Shown here: positions 1-28,950 of the stretch, piece by piece
Layout: every line of letters begins with the position of its first letter
Numbering within the stretch: the stretch's first letter is position 1
Assembly (NCBI RefSeq): GCF_026571515.1
Contig: NW_026860085.1
Coordinates: 248,001 to 312,000, forward strand
Length of the DNA stretch: 64,000 nucleotides
Reading direction: 5' to 3'
Source: Ruditapes philippinarum
Taxonomy: Eukaryota
Program-made: the position numbers and the translations under genes
Notes under the pieces: model-generated
The model's input: the letters and a program-made list of their open reading frames with translations, nothing else
Told to the model about the DNA's origin: nothing
Database searches by the model: none

Positions 1-235
1 TCAATGAAAAATATGAACAAATGAACCGCACTGAAAACATAAACAAGTTTTTTTTTAAAGATGTAAATGACAGTTTGAACAAGTTCTTTTGTTTAAGATC
101 CATCATATACAATTTTAAAATTTGGTTATCTTTTATATTTCCCTTCTCTCATGTTTCTGTAGATACCTGTGAGTAGACAAGGTATATTGTTGATCCTTTA
201 TTATAACAGAATTAGTTCGAAAGAATCAAAGCATG

Positions 236-3200
236 CTAATACTTTTTTAATGAATTTGATGCCTTCAGGTCTAAGAATGTTACTGGCACACAGTATGGAT
301 TTATAGAGTATAATTTAGGTTTCTTTACGGGAATATCATTTTCCGTTTCCTCTGCTTTCTTCATGACACCGTCATATCTATCATCAATATTTTCGGAAAC
401 ATTTTCCTTGCTAGAGGTCTGTTCATTTAATTTATGCTTTTCAATAAATTGATCTAATTTTGTTCTATGCACATCATAAGTTATTTCTCTACTTAAATCA
501 TTTGTCACTAATTCCTCATCGGGATTCAGAGATTGATATTTTCCGTCCAATCTTTCCTTTGCATTTTTCTTTGTTCTAGGATTATAGTTTATTATTTCTA
601 CACCTTTAGGAGGCATGACCAGCACAATTTCTGTGTATGGAACCACTGGGGGATCCAGTGCACCTTTCCGACCGGGCTTGTGCCTCTTTATAGTTGGTTT
701 AGAACTCTCTGAAGTTCCAGGTTCAATCCCAGCCTCACTCTCTGACTCAGGGTTTTTTTCTGTTATTTGTAAAGTATCATCGTATGATGTTGATGCCTCA
801 TCTACCCCTGCTGATGTTGTTGCAGCTGATTTCACTGCTGGACTCTTCCCTCCTTCTGCTGTTGATGTTTTTCTTGAACTCTCTCCACTTGCTGTTTGAA
901 CACCTGAACTTTGCATATCCTTTGACTTTTCACCTATGTAAATAAGGTGAAAAAAGTTAAATAAATAACACTGAACTTTCAAAAAACACAAATAATTTTT
1001 TTTCACTTTCAAACTTTAATGAAATAGGAATTAACCAGATAATACAAACACACTTCTTGCTGGCAATGATATAGGCTGTAGGCAAGATATTCATCAATAA
1101 AAGAATAACGAGAACATCTGGAATAAATTCTTTTGCCTTTGCCAACCACTTTAGACTGTACCCCTCAATAACAGACATATTAATTAACAAGAGCACCATA
1201 TGCGACACAAATGCTCATCTTTTAAAATTAATCACTTTTGACAAAAATTCCATGTTAAAAAGGGACATAACTCCAAAAATATAGGTTTTTTCCAGAATTA
1301 TGCCCCTTGTCTAACATCTGCACCTTGTCAAGCTAGGCAAGTTTTCCAAGTTTCATTTTGCTAACTTTTACAATTTATGAAAAATAGGCTACATTAAAGT
1401 TTATGCACAACGACAGTAACGATGATGCAGCCATCAAATAGCTCTACTTTTTCTACTAAACATAAACAGGCAAGCTGAAAATTATAAAAGTTAATTCCAA
1501 AGACATAAATAACTACAGTGTTAAAACTAAGCTGCTTGGTTCACAGTTCTGATGTGCTCAAATATTTAACAGTTTAGGTATAAAATTTCACCTTTGTCTT
1601 TCCTATTTTTTCTGGCAACATATCTCATTTCTGACCTGTGGTCCTGATGTCTCAACATCCTTGCTTCCTCTATAAACTCCGTAAAATCTGACAAAATATA
1701 AATAGTAAGTTTAGGTTAGTTAGGTTAATAAGGTGAGTTTAAACATTCATGTATTTATATAAACTCAGTTGTGATTATGGCATAGAGCTTATTATTCCCC
1801 TTACAATGGTGAATTTCTACAATAGACCAGATTTCGTTTTTGAAAGTGTCTATAAGAATTTTGGGGAAATCAAGATGAATATTCAAAGTTTGTCAACCAA
1901 CAGTATGGAGCTTGGTTAGACCAGACAAACGTGCAGAATGGGCTGGCTCTCTATGGCTGGCAAATGTTAATTGTTTCTGGTTCCAACAGAATTATCACAA
2001 TTGAGTCTACTTCCAGGAACTAACCAATACTGTTCTACTCGGACTACTATGTTACTAACACAAGTTATTGGTGTTTAATTCTATTTTGAACAACATTTGT
2101 GCTGCATCACGACAAAACCAATATAGTGGGTTTGCGACCAGCATGGATCCAGACCAGCCTGCGCATCCACGCAGTTTGATCAGGATCCATGCTGTTCGCT
2201 TTCAGTCTCTCTACTTGTAATAGAGTTGATAAGCGAACAGCATGGATCCTGATCAGACTGCGCGGATGCGCAGGCTGGTCTGGATCCATGCTGGTCGCAA
2301 ACCCAATATGTTGGTTTTGTTGTGACGCGGCTCATAAAAACATTTATACCATTCTCGGGAGGCTCTTTTTTAAAAGTTCTCCCTATAGGAAAACCCACGT
2401 GGTCACGAGTTTTCCAAAAAGTTTGGGTTTATTTCCCCATTCTTTGATGTTAGGGGTTGAACTGCCGGGGCCCAAATTTCCCACCAACATTTCCACCCAA
2501 ACCATGTAACATGTCTATAACGATTGCACTCTCTGAGGAAAAAAACAGCGGTAACAATTATATTAGAGAAAACATCAATAACAATATTAAAGAAAACATC
2601 GGTAACAATTATATTAGAGAAAACATCGTTAACAATGATATTAGAGAAACCATTGTTAACAATGATATTAGAGAAAACATCGTTAACAATGATATTAGAG
2701 AAACCATTGGTAACAATGATATTAGAGAAAACATCGGTAACAATGATATTAGAGAAACCATCGGTAACAATGATATTAGAGAAAACATCGGTAACAATGA
2801 TATTAGAGAAAACATCGGTAACAATGATATTAGAGGAAACATCGGTAACAATTATATTAGAGAAAACATCGTTAACAATGATATTAGAGAAAACATCGGT
2901 AACAATGATATTAGAGAAACCATCGGTAACAATGATATTAGAGAAAACATCGGTATCAATGATATTAGAGAAAACATCGGTAACAATGATATTAGAGAAA
3001 ACATCGGTAACACTGATATTAGAGGAAACATCGGTAACAATTATATTAGAGAAAACATCGGTAACAATGATATTAGAGGAAACATCGGTAACAATTATAT
3101 TAGAGAAAGATGATTAACAATTATATTAGAGAAAACATACGTAACAATTATATTAGAGAAAACATCCGTAACAATTAAATTAGAGAAAACAGCAATAACA

Positions 3201-6200
3201 ATATATTAAACATACATGTATAAGGCTTCAATTTTCAGTGCTATAACAAAGCGTGAAAAATAACTAGGTCAACAAAATGCTACATCACAAAATTATTCCG
3301 AAGCTATCATTGATCACATGCGTCCCCTAATGTAGCCCAATTTAGAAGTTGTGCAGTTGTACTGGCAGGGAGGGCGAGGGGGGGGGCGGGGGGGGGGGGG
3401 GGGAGGGGGGAAATATGAGGGGGGGGGGGGGGGGGGGGGGGGGGACGGGGGGGGGGGGGGGGGTGATTGAATAGTTTGTTCCCCATATGTATTGATCATT
3501 TTGAAGTTGCATACTGAGGCTAGAGTGAGAGAATAGCCCTACTATCCTTCTAATAGGCGAGTTATGTGTTATGTAACAAACAAACCTATAGGTCCAAGTA
3601 TTTCCATGTCTTCACTTCTGTTAACCAGTAGGACCTGAGATAAGTACTTGTATATAGACTTGTAATTAGGACTACTGTCATCATCTTTAGATGGTGGCAT
3701 CTCAAAGTCTTCAAAGTTAGAAATTATAGACAACACCTGTAATATAATATAACCAAGATACAATTATAAATATGGTACTTCTCTATCAATTATCAGCAAT
3801 AACTGAAAGGCCCTTGTCACCAGAATAGAGACATGTCAGTCTGAAATTTCAAGCTTTTTTATTAAAACATTATAATAAGAGGTTAACACACAGCAGAGTA
3901 GGGTCAGAAAGGTGATAATCAGCCGGCTTAATGAATAATGGCACCCAGGGCTTTAATTTCAGGGCATTAATCATTTCAGGGCTAATTTTCATTTTCCGGC
4001 AAGTCTCTGATGTTTTTTAATTTATCACTTTTATCAATTACTTTGATATTTCTGCACTTGAAATTCCGATTTCTGTGCTGTAGACCTACAGTAACTTATT
4101 TTAAAGTTGCTTCCCTAATTTGAGCTGCGTCATGACAAAACCAACATAATGGGTTTGCGACCAGCATGGATCTAGACCAGCCTACACATCCGCGCAGTCT
4201 GATCAGGATCCATGCTGTTCGCTATCAGTTTCTCTACTTGTAATTGAGTTGGTAAGCTACCAACATGGATCCTGATCAGACTGCGCGGATGCTCAGGCTG
4301 GTCTGGATCCATGTTGTTCGCAAACCCATTATGTTGGTTTTGTCATGACACGGCTCATATGTGTATATTAAGTCTGCTAGACTCAAGAAGCATGTTTATT
4401 TTCTCTGAATAAAATTGTTGTATTTTGATTTTTAAATTTGAAGAAAAAAAAACAATTTTCTACAAATGACGCTTGAGTGATCCGTGCCAAAAAGACAACT
4501 TTCACTTTACAGGAAGCTGTTTTGATAACATTAAATATGACAACATTGTTACAGTTTTTTACAAGTGCTTGTGTTCACTTGGTGTATTATTGTTATGAGT
4601 TTTCAACCCCTTGGCCACAAATTAAGATCAACATTAAAAATACCTTTGATAGATTAGTTGAAGCGTCTACAATTTCTAACTCTACCAAGTCAGAGGCTAC
4701 ATCTAACCATTCATCCAGTGGTGCTTTCCTGTCTATAAACAAAGCACATATAAAATAATAATTTCACCAAAATTTCAGTGCCAGAACAAAATGAAAACTC
4801 TTTGCCAAAGGCAGAAGACCAAGTCAGGTTAAACCTCCATACAGTCTTGCCAGCCTCTAAATTGTTAGCTACTCAACTTAGTAATTTTGTACTTTGTCTC
4901 AAATATATAAAAAATCGTTTCAAACATAAATCATTTTGTTTCAACCTATACTGTATAAATAATATTCAATATAAAATGTTTCATGTAGACAAATACATTA
5001 ATGACCAATGCCAGGTTCTCCAATCTCTGTTTGTCCTAAAATGAGGGCAGTAAATTTGTTGTATATGAAAACCAATAATTCATCAAAATAATCTATGACA
5101 AAATGTCATTAAATGAACAAATCTTAAATGACTAGAATATATTAATTGAGCATTGTCAGTCAGTTTGACTTGATGTATAAAACAATATGGCCATAGACAG
5201 TTTTGTTTTACCAGATTTTTTCATATTTTTCCATTTCTGATTGTTTTTTATCTGCCGCTTTATCTTGTCTATGTACTCCTTCACCTGTCAAATATAAACA
5301 TAAATACAACTTAATATACCTTCCTAGTAATAAGACCTGATATAATAATATACACATGTCATAAATGGTGTTAAGATATCATCAACATGTACAAACTTTA
5401 AATAATTTTACAATAATTGTTTTTTGTTGTTGTTTTTTATGAACATTAAAATTCTTATTATTTTGAAATTCATATTATTATTGAAAACTCTCAAGTACAA
5501 TTTAAGTTTTAGTTGGAATTCATATTAATGTCATGCTTCATTAACTATAATAGTGAGATATAAGTCAAATCACACTGTTTGAGACAGAGAGAGATATACA
5601 CTCATGAATATAGTACAGTAGGATGCACAACATTAAATAGTTTGATGATGTCATATGAATTAGCCTCATTTTGTAACATATTTGAGCCACGTCATGACAA
5701 AACCAACATAATGGCTTTGCGACCAGCATGGATCCAGACCAGCCTGCACATCCGCGCAGTCTGATCAGGATCCATGCTGTTCGCTTACAAACCCTATGAC
5801 AAGTAGAGAAACTGATAGCGAACAGCATGGATCCTGATCAGACTACGCGGGTGCGCAGGCTGGTCAGGAACCATGCTTGTCTCAAACCCATTATGTTGGT
5901 TTTGTTGTGACGCGGCTCATTTGTTAGTAATGACCAAAGAATGCCAAAGAATGTATATATGACATAAGATAAACAGAAAACATATTTTTGTGTGATCATC
6001 TATTGGAATATATATCACTGTGAGGGGAGATTATTCATATTTATGAAAATATATAACAAATATCATTGCTAAATAGAAATAATCTGTGACATAAATCATA
6101 TAATTTCAAAGTCACCAAAAGAAAACAAAAACAAAAAAAACAAAGAGTGTGCTTTATATAAATTATTGAGTAAAAAACCAATTGATTTACCTGCTCTTCA

Positions 6201-7169
6201 TTTTTGCCACTTATTCTATTAGCTATATTCCTGTATGCATCTAGTGGATACCTGAAACACAAAACCATGTACTTATGTATTATATAAATACATGTAAGTC
6301 CAGTGGGAAAATCAAACCATTGGTTTATCAAACTCATCAATTTTATACAATAAAAACATTATTAAAGGGAGACAATTCTACACAATATTTACAAATTACT
6401 TCCCTTGCATTATAAATTTGTAATACTTTAAGGAAATACTCACTAAATCAATTCTTAATATCCTGATCTTGTAATTAATATGTTAGAAGTATTCTAGTTT
6501 TGTTAAATGGTTAGAACAGATAAACAAACAACTTGTTATTAAAATTACTTATTAGTGAAGTTTTAAGTCATACAGCTATTGTAAACTTTGTACAGATCCA
6601 CCGTCATATAGTTATTTTCCAGTTTTCCTGGTTTCTGAAGACTTCAGGTGCCCTTTTGTGCATTCATTTAATGTGAAATTATGCCCATCTAAGTGTAGTT
6701 GATCAGTGGGCGGGCACCTAAGTAGAACCAATCATGGTCTTCCATAAGTCACAAACATTCCTTACATGCAATAATCTAAAGTGAGATTTGGGACAACAAC
6801 AGTGAAACAATGAAAACTGCAGACAAACCCTAACATATGTTGACAGGAAAGCAAAGCCTCGGACACCGGCACATTGCCCACATCCTTTGAACTTGTTAGA
6901 AAATTAATGTTTCATTATGAATTTTGACGGAGACTTCAAATCCCAACAAAACTCTATGTCATTAATATGCTCTTTTAAAAAAATAACTTGTTGCTATATT
7001 GCTATATTGCAGATTTACTGTCCACAACTTACTCATATAGTAGAGACAAAAGCTTCTTCTTCTGCACCAGTGACCAAAATTCAATTCCTTTAATAGTATT
7101 AAATCTTCCTTTTTGCTTTTTTTTCTTATCTGCTGCAGCATTAGTTTTAACCTTGATTTCTTCTGCCAT
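236..7169 (-). CDS. SNAPC2: snRNA-activating protein complex subunit 2 (SNAP45)-like, multi-exon. Coding exons: 7169-7033, 6251-6191, 5284-5212, 4732-4644, 3736-3586, ~2532-2350 (disrupted as assembled), 1687-1592, 933-236
   Basis: Exon phases join consistently. The ATG is in a gcagccATGG context. There is an N-terminal SANT-like segment (FWSLVQKKKLLSLLYEYPLDAYRNIANRISGKNEEQVKEYI). The motifs APLDEWLDVA, NYKSIYKYLS, ESAIVIDML and C-terminal SINPYCVPVTFL parallel the recalled vertebrate SNAPC2 motifs APIEVWxDLA, DFEKIYKYLS, ESAVVLDLL and LNPFLVPLELL in the same order. Confidence 0.75.
1186..1481 (-). mobile_element. Degenerate Helentron-associated (HINE-like) element fragment
   Basis: AACAAGAG end and a core similar to 31289-32093 (ggacataactc...agaattatgccc). 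Confidence 0.45.
2099..2333. mobile_element. Palindromic ~235-bp MITE, copy 1 (Sola-like)
   Basis: About 100-bp inverted arms; same family as 7512-7746. Confidence 0.85.
2540..3200. repeat. 27-bp minisatellite, about 24 copies
   Basis: Unit AAACATCGGTAACAATGATATTAGAGA; it produces the NIGNNDIRE and TMILEKTSV pseudo-ORFs. Confidence 0.95.
3368..3463. repeat. Poly-G tract
   Basis: Interrupted G homopolymer; length likely unreliable. Confidence 0.85.
4122..4356. mobile_element. Palindromic MITE, copy 2
   Basis: GAGC...GCTC ends with ~100-bp inverted arms. Confidence 0.88.
5684..5918. mobile_element. Palindromic MITE, copy 3
   Basis: ATTT target-site duplication (TSD) on both sides. Confidence 0.9.
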
Positions 7170-7511
7170 GGCTGCAAATCTGAATAATACAAAAATCACT
7201 ATAAATTATATCTTGAGTAAAGTCTGAACAAAATAATCTGAAACAAATTTATAACACAACTTTTTAATTTAATTCCTTCTCTTTACTCATAGGTTAGTGT
7301 TCATAGGTAAGCAAAATTAAATTGGTCAAGAAAAGCACGGTCATTTAAAAAATAAATTGGTTACTGTTACTAACAAATATCAACCAATTCAGTGTTTGAA
7401 ATTGTTTTTTTTAATCAATCAAATAACTACTATAATGTATACGTATTACTAGTTAGCCCATTTACCAAACTAATGTATAGCTTAGAGTTTGTTAGTCAGC
7501 ATAAATGAAAT

Positions 7512-7746
7512 GAGCCGCGTCATGACAAAACCAACATAGTGCGTTTGCAACCAGCATGGATCCAGACCAGCCTGTGCATCCGCGCAGTCTGATCAGGATC
7601 CATGCTGTTCGCTTTCAGTTTCTCTACTTGAAATAGGGTTTGTAAGTGAACAGCATGGATCCTGATCAGACTGCACGGATGCGCAGGCTGGTCTGGATCC
7701 ATGCTGGTCGCAAACCCACTATGTTGGTTTTGTCATGACGCGGCTC
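7512..7746. mobile_element. Palindromic MITE, copy 4
   Basis: GAGCCGCGTCATGACAAAACCAACAT... inverted arms; AAAT TSD. Confidence 0.9.
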
Positions 7747-8925
7747 AAATTATAGGTATTAAATCTTTCAAGAGCGGCACAGTTGCTAGACAGATTTTAA
7801 AGAATCAAAGATTCTTACCACTATGCTTCAAAGTAAAGTAGATCTAAATGTTAATTATTTTTTTTTATCGAATTATTTAAAATACATGTACAAAGAACTA
7901 AAACATAATATGCAGCCTCTACTTGTAAAAGCCTGGTAATTAATGATGACAGCATTTTGTGGCCTTGTTTTCACCAAGCACATAGTTCTATGTTTTCGTG
8001 ATTGAACAAAAAAAAAAAATATGTTTTAAATAATTGGAACTTTGTGTCATACCTCTTTACAGGTAAGCTTAAATTGTTTTCAATTGTTTATTTACTTCTA
8101 TATCAATGTTCCGCATAACTTAAAAATTGAACATAGTTGGGAAATTATTTACATGATAAAATACATAATTGACAGGAAATACATGTATAAGTCAATTTTC
8201 AGTTTGCTAGTTAATACACAGTTGTCTAACCTCAGACATATTATAACAGGACAAGTAACTGGAGATAAGCATAGTGTTAAGATAATTTTAGACAGGTCAT
8301 GTCTTTTTCAAATGTTTTGCCAGTATGAAAAAAAAAAACAGCTAGTCTATAAAATGGGTCAAACTCTTCAAGCCACCAAACCTGGGGCTGGGGAAACAGC
8401 TAGTCCTATAACATAAGACTTTCCATTAGTACTACGCACACTCCAACTAGTGTAGGTAGTACTTACTGAAACGTCTTATGTTTGTAGGTAGTATCTACAG
8501 AAACGTATTATGATATAGGACAAGGGCAACTGTCCTATCTTGGGGAGGTGTAATATAATTTTTTGGAGGAGAGCCGAGGTGACTATATTCTCATTAATAC
8601 ATTTATGCTAAATAAACAAACTTTAGCAAATTAGTCATCTGACAAGAATATTCAAATCAAACAATTTTACAAAAGCATTTAAACATAATCTTTTAAACAT
8701 ATTTTTTATGTAAATTAAATGCTCAGAATGGTACCAGTTTGGTACGTTTTAGTTCGAGTACGTTTCACCATCAAAGAGCAACTTTCTATTCAGATGACAC
8801 TTCGTACACTTAATTGCATTTAACCTGGCAATGAAAGATTTTTTCTACAATCATTTATAACAGGGAGTACTTTAACAAATTAATGTGTTAAAAACCGCTT
8901 TATTTTAATGCACAAAGGTACTTAC

Positions 8926-9356
8926 ACATGTATAATTAGTGACGTCACTATAAACTGTCTTGCCGGAAACTAACGGAAATTACCGATAAGTGACAAAAGT
9001 TTTTCATTGGCATACGTGTTTGACCGGCTGTGACGGGAACAACGGAAACTTCCGAGCGGAAATAGTAGCAAAGAACAGCCATTGGAAACGATTTTCGGAT
9101 AATTTGACGGTGTCAAAGGACAAATTGCTCTTCCTTTAATATATATACAATAAAAAGTCTTTAATATTTTACGACAGGAATAAGTTTGCCTTGTCCCTAC
9201 ATGTAAACGGAGGATTATTTTCATCAGGAAATACGATTTCCAATCCAAATTTTGTCGAATAACACTTCTCAATTTTTGGCCGCCATACTTGATGTAAATG
9301 ACGAAAGAAACCATACTTCATGAGCAGATTCGCCCCCTCCTAGCTTTCTTCCAGCC
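8926..9356. promoter_or_regulatory. Probable bidirectional promoter shared by SNAPC2-like (-) and GSK3 (+)
   Basis: CpG-richer patch between divergent genes. A minus-strand GTAAGT donor at 8925-8920 fits a non-coding first exon. It contains a perfect CRE palindrome TAGTGACGTCACTA at 8937-8950 and several CGGAA/TTCCG ETS-like cores at 8960-9110. Confidence 0.6.
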
Positions 9357-26645
<17,289 letters not shown>

Positions 26646-27946
26646 GCTGTACTCTATAGTGATTTCATTTGGAGCTGCTCTCTTAATGTATTTATTTCAT
26701 CAACTTTTATGGTACTTGTACAATATTGTTTTAAATTCCCCCTTATGAAGGGTTTAGCAACATAGTGTGAGATACTACTATGAGAAATTCTGAAATGAAG
26801 GAATTTATTTTAGGAATGAACATCAGTGTATTGATGGTATGTGCTGGACTTTATGTTTTTGTGCTTGTGTTTTATTGTCAGAGACATTCTTACTATGATG
26901 CCTGATACAGACTTTTATGGTAAAATATAGCTGGAGGTATTTTAAACAGTGGGGGAAATATGAACTCTTTATGTGGTGTCTACTAATTGATTATATGCAG
27001 AATTAACATAACAGTTGAACCAAAAAATAAGAACAGGACAGTGTTAGTTCCTGTTGAAGAACTCTTTAATTAGAGACTTCAGGATTTGAGCAGACAGAAG
27101 AAAAAAATTACATAGTCACTTTAAATTAACACAAGTAAGACAAGTGCTGATGTGCTCTTGTGTAATAAACTGTTTTTATATATATAAATGATTCTGAACA
27201 TGTTGTTCTATGAACTATAATAAATCTGTGAACATACTTATAGCTGAACCAAGGATTATACACTGTATATATGGACTTGTATAGAGGATAATTGTTGTGC
27301 TGGTGCAGCAGGGAGGAGTATACGACACGTGTAGTTGAGGATTGCGAGGATATCTGACAACTGTCGCACAAACGAAAGAATAAAAGTTGTTGTTTGTTTG
27401 TTTTTTTAATTAGAACGTTAGATCTATGATATTTAACATGTGTGTCATTTGCTAACCATTATATATCACCTTATGTTAACAATCTGCAGGACCTTCATCT
27501 AATAAAGATTTTTATGTTAAAAGTCGTATAATATTTGATATTTCTTTCCAGCATACAGGGATATTTTATTTCTTATAGTGTAACAAATTTAAGAAACATG
27601 TATTAGGTTAAGAAATACTTGTAAAAGGAATTTGAATATTTTGTTTTATTTAAATCTTATATATATGCATAATTTGTGTTTTTACTAGTCTAGTTTTATT
27701 TATAGAAAGTAAAGATTATGACATTTGTTGTTTTTATGAAGAAAGAAAGAAAAAACAACAGCATCTCTAAAAATGACTGATGAATGAAGTATTTTGATAG
27801 TTTTCATCAACTTTGCAGATGTCTAATATTGTTTATTTCTATATTTAAATGAATGTGTTAGACATATAATAGCAGTTATCAGTTATTTTTAAAAAAAGAT
27901 TTAAAGGAATTTTTCATGTATTCGACTAGATCTCCTGATGATATAT

Positions 27947-28181
27947 GGTCTGTGTCATGACAAAACCAACATAATGCGTTAGCGACCAGCATGGATCCAG
28001 ACCAGCCTGCACATCCGCGCAGTCTGATCAGGATCCATGCTGTTCGCTAGCAGTTTCTTTACTTGTTATAGGGTCTGTAAGCGAACAGCATGGATCCTGA
28101 TCAGACTGCACGGATGCGCAGGCTGGTCTGGATCCATGCTGGTGGCAAACGCATTATGTTGGTTTTGTCATGACACGGCTC
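27947..28181. mobile_element. Palindromic MITE, copy 6
   Basis: ATAT TSD; downstream of the GSK3 stop. Confidence 0.9.
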
Positions 28182-28529
28182 ATATGGTCTGCACCAAGAA
28201 CAAAAGGTTAATTAATATCTGTGTCGAATCCAGAGACATGAAAATTATTGTCAAGTTGTACATCGAATATTCATGTATGATTTTTACTGAAGAAGTATTT
28301 AGATAGTATTGTTCAGTTTTTATACAGTGATAGCAGATTTTTGTAGTATTTTGGTGTATCGTCGGCATAAACTGCCTTGTTTTGGGGTATTTTACATGTA
28401 CGTTTTCTCATTTTTAAAATTTCAAAATTTTAATTAGGTGTTTAGTTAAACTTTGTTAGTTTTAAAGGTTCTACCGAAAAGTTACCATTTTATTATGGTC
28501 ACATTGCTAATATTTGAAGTAATATAATT

Positions 28530-28636
28530 GAGCCGTGTCACGACAAAACCAACATAGTGGGTTTGCGAACAGCATGGATCCTGATCAGACTGCGCGGATG
28601 CGGACCCATTATGTTGGTTTTGTCGTGACGCGGCTC
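28530..28636. mobile_element. Palindromic MITE, copy 7, internally deleted (107 bp)
   Basis: Both termini intact; AATT TSD. Confidence 0.88.
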
Positions 28637-28730
28637 AATTGTTCTTGGAGCTTGTTGTATGGGATTTAAAACTTAAAAATGTGATGAATCAAGATTTACT
28701 GTAGCATACCAACTGTATTGTTTGAGTTGT

Positions 28731-28950
28731 AAGTTATGTGACTGGCTTACTGACTTAAAAATCATGTGACTTGGTTTAAAGTCATATGACTGGCTTACTG
28801 GGTTTTAAGTCATGTGACTGACAGTCATGTGATTGGCTCACTGGGTTTTAAGTCATGTGACTTGCTCACTGTGTTTAAAGTCCTGTGACTGGCTAACTTG
28901 GTTCAAAGTCATGTGACTGGCATAAACAGATTTAAATTATGTGACTGGTA
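28731..28950. repeat. Degenerate ~28-bp tandem repeat built on AGTCATGTGACT
   Basis: About 9 units, 5 with an exact TCATGTGA. Confidence 0.8.

Noticed and set aside
2107-2509. Recurrent short ORFs such as [18 protein letters not shown] and [24 protein letters not shown]
   Set aside because: Read from the palindromic MITE wherever it is inserted; not a gene family.
2457-3117. 218-aa and 197-aa repetitive ORFs (NIGNNDIRE, TMILEKTSV)
   Set aside because: Translations of a 27-bp minisatellite inside an intron of the opposite-strand gene.
3314-3499. Poly-proline ORF or G-quadruplex
   Set aside because: Poly-G homopolymer in an intron within a region of doubtful base accuracy.
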